A DNA stretch of 64,000 nt from an uncultured bacterium (GTDB lineage Bacteria > Verrucomicrobiota > Verrucomicrobiia > Limisphaerales > UBA8199). Below, in pieces: positions 44,789 through 54,753 of this stretch (position 1 is the first letter of the stretch; every line of letters starts with the position of its first letter). The position numbers were made by a program, and so were the translations under genes. Under the pieces are notes generated by a model that had not been told where the DNA came from, did not search any database, and saw only the letters and a list, made by a program, of their open reading frames with translations. The stretch covers positions 224,001-288,000 of the forward strand of contig CAVVMW010000006.1 in assembly GCA_963749495.1 (NCBI GenBank), written 5' to 3'.

Positions 44789-46354
44789 ATGAGCGACTTG
44801 GCAAGCCAGGTGGAGAGAAACATCCGGGGGCGCGGCCTCCTGGAGGATGGGCGGTCCATCGTGGTGGCGGTGTCGGGGGGGCTGGATTCGATGGTGCTGC
44901 TGCGGGTGCTGCACCAATTGGCGCCGGGGCATCACTGGCAGTTGACCCTGGCGCACCTGAACCACCGGCTGCGCGGGCGCAGCAGTCAGGCCGACGCGCG
45001 GCTGGTCCGGCGCGCGGCCGCCGGCCTGGGGCTGCCGCTCGTCACCGAGGAGGCGGACGTGCGCGCGGTCGCCCTGGCATCCGGACTGTCGCTGGAGATG
45101 GCGGCGCGGAAGGTGCGGCACGATTTTTTGGCCAGGGCGGCCCTTGACCTGGGGGCGGCGGCCGTGGCGCTGGCCCACCATGCGGACGACCAGGTCGAGT
45201 TGTTCTTCCTGCGCCTGCTCCGGGGCAGCAGCGGCGAGGGACTGGCCGGGATGAAGTGGCGCAGCCCCTCGCCCAGCGATCCGCGGGTCATGCTGGTCCG
45301 CCCCTTGCTCGACCAGCCCAAGGCAGCCCTGCGGGCCTGGGCGGCGGCCCAGGAGGTCCCTTTCCGCCAAGACGCCAGCAACGACCTGCTGGTTATCCCG
45401 CGCAACCGCATCCGGCACCAGTTGTTGCCCTTGCTCCGCCGCCGGTATCAGCCCGCGCTGGAGCGGACGGTCTTGCGCGCGATGGACATTATCGGGGAGG
45501 AGGCGCGGTTTGCGGCTGAGGCGGCCCAGCAGTGGCTCCAGAAGGTGGGGTGGAAGGCCCAAACGGCGGTGGCCACCCTCCATGAACCGGAGCCAAAGCC
45601 GCCAGGTTTTGGACTGCGGCAGTCCTCTGCCGCTTTTACTTCCCCAGCGCCTAGAAAGCGCCAGAGGACTGGCGCAGTCCAAAACGCTGCGCGCCCGGGG
45701 ACGCCCGTCCGGTCCATGGGTCCAAGGCGTGTCCGGCCTTCGGACCTGGAGAGGTTCCAGGACCTGCCGGTGGCAGTGCAGCGGCGGTGCCTGCAATGGC
45801 AACTCCTGGCCCAGGGCGTCACCGCGGATTTTGAGTTGGTCGAGCGCCTCCGCGCTCGGCCCGGTTGCCCGGTTTCGGTGGGTGGGCAGCTTTGCGTGGT
45901 GCGTGATGCGGCGGGGCTGGTGCGGTTGGAACAGAGCGGGCGCGCGGCCTTCCTGGCGGGGAGACTGGAGGTGGAGCTGGGTGGAAGGGCGGGGGAAGTG
46001 ATGTTCGAGAAGGCGCGCCTGAGCTGGCGCATCCGCCGCGCCACGGCGGTGGGCGGGCCCAAACGGCGGCGGGCCGGAGAGGAGTATTTTGACGCCGACC
46101 GGGTGGGCACGCCCGTGGTGGTGCGGCATTGGCAGCCGGGCGACCGGTTCCAGCCCATCGGGATGGCGGCGCCGATGAAACTGCAGGACTTCTTCACCAA
46201 TGAAAAGATCTTGCGCAACCGGCGTCACGAGTTGATGGTAGGAGTCACTGCCCAGGGCGAAGTGTTCTGGGTGGAGGAGTTGCGCATTTCGGAACGGTTT
46301 AAGCTTACACGCTTCACAAAACGCCGCTTGCAATGGCGTTGGCGGCCGTTATAA
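44789..46354 (+). CDS. tilS: tRNA(Ile)-lysidine synthetase with in-frame palindromic insertion
   Basis: AVSGGLDSMVLL, HLNHRLRG, AHHADDQVE, RPLL, RNRIRH, PGDRFQPIG; upstream of ftsH. Confidence 0.95.
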   Translation: MSDLASQVERNIRGRGLLEDGRSIVVAVSGGLDSMVLLRVLHQLAPGHHWQLTLAHLNHRLRGRSSQADARLVRRAAAGLGLPLVTEEADVRAVALASGLSLEMAARKVRHDFLARAALDLGAAAVALAHHADDQVELFFLRLLRGSSGEGLAGMKWRSPSPSDPRVMLVRPLLDQPKAALRAWAAAQEVPFRQDASNDLLVIPRNRIRHQLLPLLRRRYQPALERTVLRAMDIIGEEARFAAEAAQQWLQKVGWKAQTAVATLHEPEPKPPGFGLRQSSAAFTSPAPRKRQRTGAVQNAARPGTPVRSMGPRRVRPSDLERFQDLPVAVQRRCLQWQLLAQGVTADFELVERLRARPGCPVSVGGQLCVVRDAAGLVRLEQSGRAAFLAGRLEVELGGRAGEVMFEKARLSWRIRRATAVGGPKRRRAGEEYFDADRVGTPVVVRHWQPGDRFQPIGMAAPMKLQDFFTNEKILRNRRHELMVGVTAQGEVFWVEELRISERFKLTRFTKRRLQWRWRPL

Positions 46355-46411
46355 ATGGTGCATTGCGGCCTTGGGGCCTGAATGCTAGTTTGGCGCAACC
46401 GATAGCGAGTA

Positions 46412-48434
46412 ATGTCAGACGACAATAGATATAGCAGCGACGATGATAAGAACCCGAAGCGGGCGGGTGAATTCAGGGTGCCCCCGCGGACCTGGCTTAT
46501 TTGGATACTGATCTTCGGCGGGATCATCATGCTGGTGCTGTTCAAGCAGAACCTGGACACGCCCGGGGAAAAGCTCACCAAGAACCAGTTCTGGCGGTTG
46601 GTGGACTCCAACCAGATCGTCGTGGCGCGGATCACCTACAGCCCGCAGAGCAGACTCGCTGAACGAGGTCGTGGGCAAGTACGAAAAGACGGACGCCGAG
46701 GGCAGGAAGGTTTTGGCCCCCTTCACCGCGAAGATCCGGTTGACCCAGAAGTTGGAAGACAGCCTGATGGGCAGGCCAGAGTTCGACGTGTATGAGCCCA
46801 ATACGATGCTGCTGAGCATGATCTGGAGCGTCCTGCCGATCGTCGTTATCGCGGCCCTGATCTGGTTCTTCTTTATCCGCCAGATCAAGATGGCGGGCAA
46901 GGGCGCCTTGAGCTTCGGCAAGAGCAAGGCGCGCCTCCTGGCCAAGGAACGGAACAAGACGACCTTCAAGGAGGTTGCCGGCATCGATGAGGCCATCGAA
47001 GAGGTCTCGGAACTGGTCGAGTTTCTCAAGGACCCAAAGAAGTTCCAGCGGCTGGGCGGGCGCATCCCCAAGGGCGTGCTCATGGTCGGTCCTCCGGGGA
47101 CCGGCAAGACGCTCCTGGCCAAGGCCATCGCCGGAGAGGCCGACGCCGCCTTTTTCAGCATCAGCGGCTCCGATTTCGTCGAGATGTTCGTCGGGGTCGG
47201 CGCCAGCCGCGTGCGCGACATGTTCGAGCAGGCGCGCAAGAACACCCCGTGCCTGATCTTCATCGACGAGATTGACGCGGTGGGGCGCAGCCGCGGCCAC
47301 GGCCTGGGCGGCGGCAACGACGAACGCGAGCAGACCCTCAACGCCCTGCTGGTCGAGATGGACGGGTTCGACACCCAGGAGGGGATCATCATCATCGCCG
47401 CGACCAACCGCCCGGACGTGCTGGACCCGGCGCTGCTGCGCCCCGGCCGGTTCGACCGCCAGGTCACCGTCAATCTGCCCGATGTGCGCGGCCGCGAGGC
47501 CATCCTCAAGGTCCACGCCAAGAACGTGAAGCTGGCGCCCTCGGTTGACCTCTCCGTCATCGCGCGCGGCACGCCGGGCTACTCGGGCGCCGAACTGGCA
47601 AACCTGCTCAACGAGGCCGCCCTGCTGGCGGCCAGCCAAAACAAGAAGGCCGTGAGCATGCCCGAGCTGGAGGAGGCCCGCGACAAGGTGCGGTGGGGGC
47701 GCGAGCGGCGCAGCCTGGCCATGACGGACGAGGACAAGAAATTCACCGCCTGGCACGAGGCGGGCCATGCCCTGGTCAATGTGTTGCTCCTGCACACTCA
47801 CCCCCTCCACAAGGTGACCATCATCCCGCGCGGCCAATCGCTCGGCTCGACCATGTCGCTGCCCAAGACCGATGTCCTGAGCCGGCGCCGCAAGGAAATG
47901 GTCGACCTCATCACCATGACCATGGGCGGCCGCATCGCCGAGGAGATCGTCTCCGGCGACCTCTCCAGCGGCGCGGCCGGCGACATCCAGCAGGCCACCA
48001 ATATGGCCCGCGCCATGGTCACTCAATGGGGCATGAGCGATCGGATGGGCATGATCCAATACGGCAGCGATGACGAGTACGTCTTCCTGGGCCGCGAGGT
48101 CACGCGCGCCAAGGCCTATAGCGAGGCCACCGCCCAGGAGATCGACGCCGAAGTCAAACACATCATCGATGAGGCCTACCACGTCGCCAAACACCTCATC
48201 ACCACCAACCTCGACAAGCTGGAACTCATCGCCAAATCGCTCCTCGAATTCGAGACGCTCGATGGCACCCAGGTCGACGAAATCGTGCGGACGGGCAAGT
48301 TCACCCCGCCGCTGCCTCAGCCCAAAGTCGAAACGACGCTGGGCGCGCCCGCAGGCACACCCCTGCCCGAGACCCCCAAGCCCGCCCCGCCCAAATTGCC
48401 GGGCCTGGGCTCGCCCTCGCCCGCGCCGGTGTAG
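46412..48434 (+). CDS. ftsH: ATP-dependent zinc metalloprotease FtsH (frameshift near 46655)
   Basis: [31 protein letters not shown]. Confidence 0.97.
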
Positions 48435-48510
48435 CCAGAGGCGGAGCGTCGGAGGGTGCATCTCATATTGGCGATTCGACATTTGCTCCCAGGGTCGGTA
48501 GCCTATCGGG

Positions 48511-49245
48511 ATGCTGATTGCGCCCTCGTTGCTCGCTGCGAACTTCGCGCGCCTGGCCCGGGAAGTCTCGCGGGTCAACGCCTCCGGCGCGGACTGGCTG
48601 CACCTGGACATCATGGACGGGAATTTCGTGCCGAACATCTCGTTCGGCCCCGTGGTGGTCAAGGCCCTGCGCCCGCTGAGCCGGCTCTTCTTCGACGTTC
48701 ACCTCATGTGCTCGAAGCCGGCGATTCTGCTCGAGCCCTTTGCCCGCGCCGGGGCCAGCCAACTGAACATCCACGTCGAGCTGGGCGAGACGGTGACGCC
48801 GCTGCTCTGGCAGATCAAATCGCTGGGCAAACGCATCGGGCTGGTGGTCAACCCACCGACCTCGGTCGGCCTGGTCCAGCCTTTTCTGGAGCAGATCGAC
48901 CACCTGCTCATCATGACGGTGAACCCCGGTTTTGGCGGCCAGTCCTTCATCTACGAGATGCTGCCCAAAATCCAGCAAGCGGCCGCCTGGCGCCGGGAGA
49001 GGCACCTGGGCTATACCATCGCGGTCGATGGCGGCGTGGATTACCAGACCGCACCTGAATGCGCCCATGCCGGGGCCGACACATTCATCAGCGGCACCAC
49101 CCTGTTCGGCGCCCACAACCTCCGCGCAGCCGTCCGGAAGATGCGCCGGCTCGTCGAAGCCGCCCTCAGCCCAGCGCCAACGGCGCGGCCCCATTCCAGC
49201 CTGGGGCAACGCCCTGCTCGCGCGCGTCGCGGAGCGACGCAGTGA
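48511..49245 (+). CDS. rpe: ribulose-phosphate 3-epimerase
   Basis: IAPSLL, HLDIMDGNFVPN, DVHLM, MTVNPGFGGQ, VDGG. Confidence 0.96.
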   Translation: MLIAPSLLAANFARLAREVSRVNASGADWLHLDIMDGNFVPNISFGPVVVKALRPLSRLFFDVHLMCSKPAILLEPFARAGASQLNIHVELGETVTPLLWQIKSLGKRIGLVVNPPTSVGLVQPFLEQIDHLLIMTVNPGFGGQSFIYEMLPKIQQAAAWRRERHLGYTIAVDGGVDYQTAPECAHAGADTFISGTTLFGAHNLRAAVRKMRRLVEAALSPAPTARPHSSLGQRPARARRGATQ

Positions 49246-49443
49246 AGGTAGCCGTGGACCTCGGTCCACGGTTTACGGCGTGGGAAGGGGCCCGCGTCGC
49301 GTAGCGACGCCTGAGGGCCTCGGGGTTTTCAGGCGTCGCTACGCGACGCGGGCACGCTTGCGCCATAGGTCCGTGGACTGAAGTCCACGGCTACCGTCAA
49401 GCACCGCTACGCGGTGCGCGCGTCGCGGAGCCACGCAGTGAAG
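49223..49443. repeat. CGTCGCGTAGCGACG / GTAGCCGTGGAC palindromic element; related inverted copy at 61185-61393
   Basis: ~50 bp (49225-49274) is the near-perfect reverse complement of 61345-61393. Confidence 0.8.
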
Positions 49444-49565
49444 ACTGGCGACGGCCCTCCCTCTCCCCATCCGATGGGGAGAGGGCCGGGGTGAGGGGTC
49501 ATCCCTTCCAGGTGCGGCCCACGGATTAAAATCCACATCGCGATATAACGCGCCCGGGAGTGGTT

Positions 49566-52500
49566 TTAGAGGTGGATGCGATAGAACTGCGCCGGGGTAT
49601 TGGCCGGGACGGTGTACGAAGGCGCCGAAGCGCCGGTGACGGGCGTCCAGACGGTCTGAGCGCCTTTGAATTGGCTTGTGGATTCCAGCGTGCCGGCCTG
49701 CCAGACGAGCATGATCTGGGCGCCGGAGCGTACGGCCGCCAGTGTAACGGGCCCGTAAGTGTCGAAACTCTGGTTCCCGTTTTGAGCGGCCGAGTAAATG
49801 CTCTCAACCTCGAACCTGCCCAGGGCGCGTTTCCAGACGCCAAGGTCATCGAGGTTGAAGGTGCCACTGAACGTAGGCGATGTCGCCGAGGGATAAATGC
49901 CCGTGGGATCCTGGCCGATGGTGACGGGGTTTCCGGTGTAAATGGTGCCCAGGGCGGCAATCGAGCGGGAGTCAACCAACTGGCCATCGACATAGCTCGT
50001 GGCCACTTGGGCGTCGCGGTCGAAGACCACGGCCACGTGGTGCCAGGTCCCATCGTTGATGAGCGGCCCGCCGACCGGGTCGGCAATGATCGAGCCGACA
50101 TCCACACCCACGGCGGTCCACTCGAACTTGCCGCCGTCTTCGCTCAGGACCCAGCCCTTTTGGTAGGTCGAGTTGACGGCGTTGCCGATGATCGGCAGGT
50201 CATTAAATGCGCCGGTGTATTTGAGCCAGCACGCCACCGAGGTGCTGTCTGTGGCGGCGAAGTCGAAGTCATTATTGTTGTCCACCACGGTCAAGTAATT
50301 ATAGGTGCTCGAGGCTGACGGTGGTCGTCAGTTGGACCCCTTGGCCGAGTTTGCCGGGGACAAACACAGGATTGCCCACCGCGCCCGCATCATTGCCCTG
50401 ACCGGAGGAGTCGGCGTAGGTGCCGTCGAATTTGAGGTGCAGTATCAGGTTGTTGGTCGCGTTGGCGAACAGGGGCTTCGGCAGGACGAGGAGAGTCACC
50501 GCGGCGCTGTTCGTAGAGCCATTGGCGTTGGTGACCGTGACCGAGTAAGTGCCCGAGTCGGTGTAAGCCGCACTGGGGAATGTGAGCGTGGCAGCGGCCG
50601 CTCCCGGAATCGGGGCGGCGCCTTTGAACCATTGATAGGCGAAGGGCAGGCTGCCGGAGGCCTGGACGCTGAAGGCCAGGCTGTCGCCCACCGCCGCGGT
50701 CCTGGAGACCGGTTCCTGAACGATCCGCGGCGGCGTCGTGGTGCCATAGGCGCCGGCCGCGTAGATGGCGGTGATCGCGTCGGCCGAGAGTGCGTGGTCA
50801 TACACCGTCACGTCGTCCAGTCCCCCGATCAACTGATCGCCGGTTGTGCCCAGCCGGCTGAAGCTCTGGCGCGGGAGCGCCACGGTATTGGGATTCGAGT
50901 CAACAAGGAGGCCGTTGGCGTAGAGAGCGGTGCCGTTGGTTGCTGCCACAAACACCAGTTGCACCCAGTTGCTGGCGGGGGCGGAATAGGCAAAGGCGTA
51001 ATCGGCCACACCGTAGGCCGTGAATCCCGCGTCGCCCGTGTTGTCCCACTGCTCCAGCCGCAGGGAAGTGACCGAGTCGTTCAACAGCGCGGAGGAGGCA
51101 ACCACCGGGTCCGGACGATTGACCCAGAAAATAGCGGTCCACGGGACGGGAATGCTGGCGCCGCCGAGAATGACGGCACCGCCCTGCCCGTCGAATTGGA
51201 CCGACGTGTCGCCGGGGCCACCGGAGGGCACACCGCCGGGCAGGCCCAGCGTCACCCCGTTGGTGTAAGTCCCATTGAGGCGTCCCATGCTGTCAAAGGC
51301 CGTTGTGCCCGAGGTCTCGTCAAACCGCCAGTAGTTCACCGGCCGGTTCGTCACCACCGCTTCCACGTAAGAGCCAGGTGCAAGGGTGGCGAGGGTCAAG
51401 CTTGCGCTCGCACTGAGGATTCCCCCCGCGACATTGGTCAAGCCGACAGTGTAGCTGGCGGCATCCGCTGCGCTGACGTTGGTGACAATGAAGGTTTGGT
51501 TTGTCGCCCCGACGATGTTGGTGCCGGCCTCCGTCCACTGGTAGGTGATCGGCGTCGTGCCGGTAGCTGCCACAGTAAAGCTGACATCAGCGCCGGCGTA
51601 AACGGACACAGGTGCTGGTTGCTGGGTAATCGTCGGAGGTACTGCCGGATTGATCGTGACGGCCACCACGCCGCTGGTCACGGTCCCGTGGGCGTTGCTC
51701 ACCACCACCTTGTAATTCCCGGTGTCGGCGGCCGTTGCGCCGGTCTTGGTATAGATCGCATTGGTGCCCACCAGCGTGTTGCCCTCGAACCATTGAAAGC
51801 TGAGTTCGGCGCCATAGACATCGACGGCGATGGTGAAGGTGGTCGTGGCGTAGATCGTGCCCGCAGGGGAGAGGATCGGCGTATCGCTCACAAAGGCAGG
51901 GGCGCTCTGATCGCCCGTCGCCGTCAGGTAGAGGGTCATGATCTGGCCGTCCATGAGGGCCTGATCGAAAGTGGCCATCTCGGCAACGTACCCGGCGAGG
52001 AAGTCGCCATTGGGGTTGCCCAGACTGGTCATCGGGAGGGTGATCGAGGCGGGGTTGGAATCCTGCAACGAGCCATTGATGTAGAGCAGCGTCTGGGTGC
52101 CGTCACCGACGTAGGCCACGTGAGACCAGACCCCCGTTGACAGGACGGGAGTGAAGTTGTAGTCAGCCACGCCATAGGCGGTGAAACCCAGATTGCGGGG
52201 CGGGGGCGTCGCGCCGCTATACTGTTCGAGCTTGATCCCAGTGGCAGCGCTCCACAGCAGGGCCGCCGAGACGCCGGGCGCGTCCTGGCGGTTGACCCAG
52301 AAAACGGTGGACCAGGGCGTCGGGACATTGGGCAGGCCGATCCGCATTGCTCTCTGTGTGCCATCGAACACCAGGGCCTGGTTGGCCGAGGGCAGCCCCG
52401 GGAAGGAGGGCGAGGTCAGGTCCGTGGCGGCGGGTTTAATGCCATACTCGTACGCGCCATTGCCGGCGGCGCCGAGCGAGCCGAGGTTGGCCGCGGGGGG

Positions 52501-53379
52501 AACCGAATTGGTCTCATCAAGGCGCAGATAAAGCACCGGCTGCAACGCCTGAACCTGGGCGGGATAGGCCGAGCCGTTTGTGGTGCCCACCGCGTAGTGC
52601 GCGGCCACCTGGCTGGCCGTCAATACGGTGGGATAGACCGCCACCTCGTCCACACTCCCGTTGAACCAGTAATTGCCGTTGCCCTCGGTCGCGCCGGAAC
52701 CGACCCGCACGGGCCGTTGCGACCCCACGGTCCCGACCGGGACATACGTGATGTTGGTCCCCCGCATCACCAGCGCGCCGTTGATGTAGAAGGACATGAG
52801 CAGGGTTGAGGCGTCGTACGTGCCGACCAGGTGGGTCCAGGCGCCGATGACGACCGGGCCGTTGGTCGTATCGGCCTCGAGCGTGTTCCAACCGGTCCCG
52901 TTGCCGGTCCAGAATCCCCAGGTGTCCGTTGCTGTGGCATACAGGATATAACCCGCAGTTATGCCGGTCACGCTCTCACGGGAGGTGACCGGAGATCGAT
53001 AATTGCCCGCGCCCCCTTGCACCTTGGCCCAGCATTCGACGGTGAAACTCGAGGGGTTCAGCGAGGCGTCGAAAGGGACGTCTATCTTGGTGTACGACCC
53101 TTCAAAGCCGGCGGCGGTGTCGCTGCTGCCGAACAAGGCGCCCGGTTTGCCGGTGATGGCGAGCGGGTCGTCGTAGGCGCCATTGCCCGCCGCGCCAAGC
53201 GTGCCCAGATTGGTTGCGGTGAAGTTGAACAGCCCGGATTCGCCAAACCGCCAGTAGGTCAGCGGTTTCAAGGCCAGCACTTCGGAGGGATAATCGGCCA
53301 GGGCCGTCAGGCCCGCGCCGCACAACGCAGCCAACGCAACGGTGGCCGTGAGAAACGTGTGGGAGTGAGAAGGTTTCAT
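49566..53379 (-). CDS. large secreted LamG-like jellyroll + immunoglobulin-domain protein (frameshift near 50310)
   Basis: Signal peptide; repeated YWRF.E / W.HLVG.YD / DEVAVY LamG-like modules; PTITQQP...YQW Ig modules; C-terminal QFYRIHL. Confidence 0.85.
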
Positions 53380-53743
53380 AGGTTCTGTCTTGTTTCCTGC
53401 TTAAGCTTCCTCCCTGCCTGGCGGCGGACCCGCTTCGGCCGGGCGAACTCACCTCCCCCGAGCGCGCGGACCGGATACAGTGTTGCCGGCTGCCAGCGCA
53501 CGAGCGCTGCAAAGGAGTTTGACACATTATCTGTACGCGCTGCGAGGGATAAAGGCAAGTTCTAAAACAGCCCCGTCCGGAACTCTTTATCCCCCGGCCC
53601 GTCGGGCCGCAACAAGGCGCACGCCGGGATTGGCCGGCCACGAGGCCGGTCACCCTGGAACATTCCTGATATCGCTTCATGCCCCCAGCCTGATGCACCG
53701 CACGTTGTCGAGCAAGTGTCGCGCCTCGGGCCGGCTCAGCCCG

Positions 53744-54146
53744 CTACCACCATAAGCCCGTAGCAAACAGGTCGGCACGCAGTTCGATCCGGTCGGGCGT
53801 GTTCATCTGAAAGAGCGCCGCCGTCGCACGGCCGGCAGGAGTGAGGCCGATGATATGCCCCTGGCGCAATTCGAAGTGCTCTTGCCACCGATCCTTCCGG
53901 GGATGAAACAGACGCGTCAGTTTGCCCGTTTCCGGGTCGTGGCCAGTCAAGTTCGTGCCCTTGTGCAGGTTGCACCTGTGGCAGGCGAGGGCCAGATTCT
54001 CGGGCGCGTCCCCGCCGCGGTGCTGCCGGGGAACAATATGTTCTGTGTGGAAGGGCACGAAGGGCTGGTGATCCTGGCGCAGCCGGCAGGTACTCGCACC
54101 GATGACCGGCACGCTCCTTGACCAGCCTGCGCAATTCCGCGCGCAT
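53744..54146 (-). CDS. HNH endonuclease (frameshift near 54090)
   Basis: RAGHRCEY/C...HTEHIVPRQH.G.D..NLALACHRCNLHKG, LFHPRKDRW. Confidence 0.88.
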
Positions 54147-54412
54147 CACGCCGCAGCGTGGCGCGCCAGCCACAGGCGCGCCTTGGCCTGCAGCACCGAG
54201 ATCAGGTCTGCCGCGTGCACGTAGGTCTCGTATTCGGTGCGCTCGGCGGGTGTGAGCAGACCTTCGTTGCACCTCTCGGCCAACTCTCCAATCCGCGCTT
54301 GAACAGCCTGGCTGGCCCTGAGGTCCAGGAGGGCCTGCGCCACTTCACGCGAAAAGGCCCGTGTCACCGGTTCGAGCATTTCATCCAAAACTCCACTGCC
54401 GCTGTCCGACAT
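54146..54412 (-). CDS. small helical protein translationally coupled to the HNH gene (putative antitoxin)
   Basis: 88 aa, RIGELAERCNEGLLTPAERTEYE; TGATG stop/start overlap. Confidence 0.7.
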   Translation of the reverse strand: MSDSGSGVLDEMLEPVTRAFSREVAQALLDLRASQAVQARIGELAERCNEGLLTPAERTEYETYVHAADLISVLQAKARLWLARHAAA

Positions 54413-54490
54413 GCAAACAGGCTACCACAATGAATGGGGCGAAGCGAAGCAATTCTTGGCGCCGTCGATTTACAATTTCCGGGACGCCCG

Positions 54491-54745
54491 TTAATGCGGT
54501 TTGGCCTCGACCGCCTCGCGCGGGGTCTGTGGCTTTCCGAAAGGGCAGGCCTTTATGCACACCCCGCAGATGCGGGTGGCTATGGCGGGCATGGCGCTGA
54601 AGCGCAGGGTCTGTTCGACGCAACGCTGGAAATGGAGCGCGTGGTCGCGGCTGGCGTAGCGGCCGGCTGTGCGGACGTTCTTGATGGCGGAGGCGGGGCA
54701 GGCGCGGGCGCATTTGTCACAGGCACCGCAGCGGTCATTGAAAGG
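54491..54745 (-). pseudogene. start-less 4Fe-4S dicluster fragment (QueG/epoxyqueuosine reductase-like C-terminus)
   Basis: Hand translation: PFNDRCGACDKCARACPASAI...RC...ICGVCIKACPFG. Confidence 0.7.
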
Positions 54746-54753
54746 TCAACCGG

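Noticed and set aside
53380..53560. Possible riboswitch upstream of the LamG/Ig gene
   Set aside because: GC-rich hairpins are present, but I could not match the conserved core of any riboswitch class; an Rfam scan would be needed.
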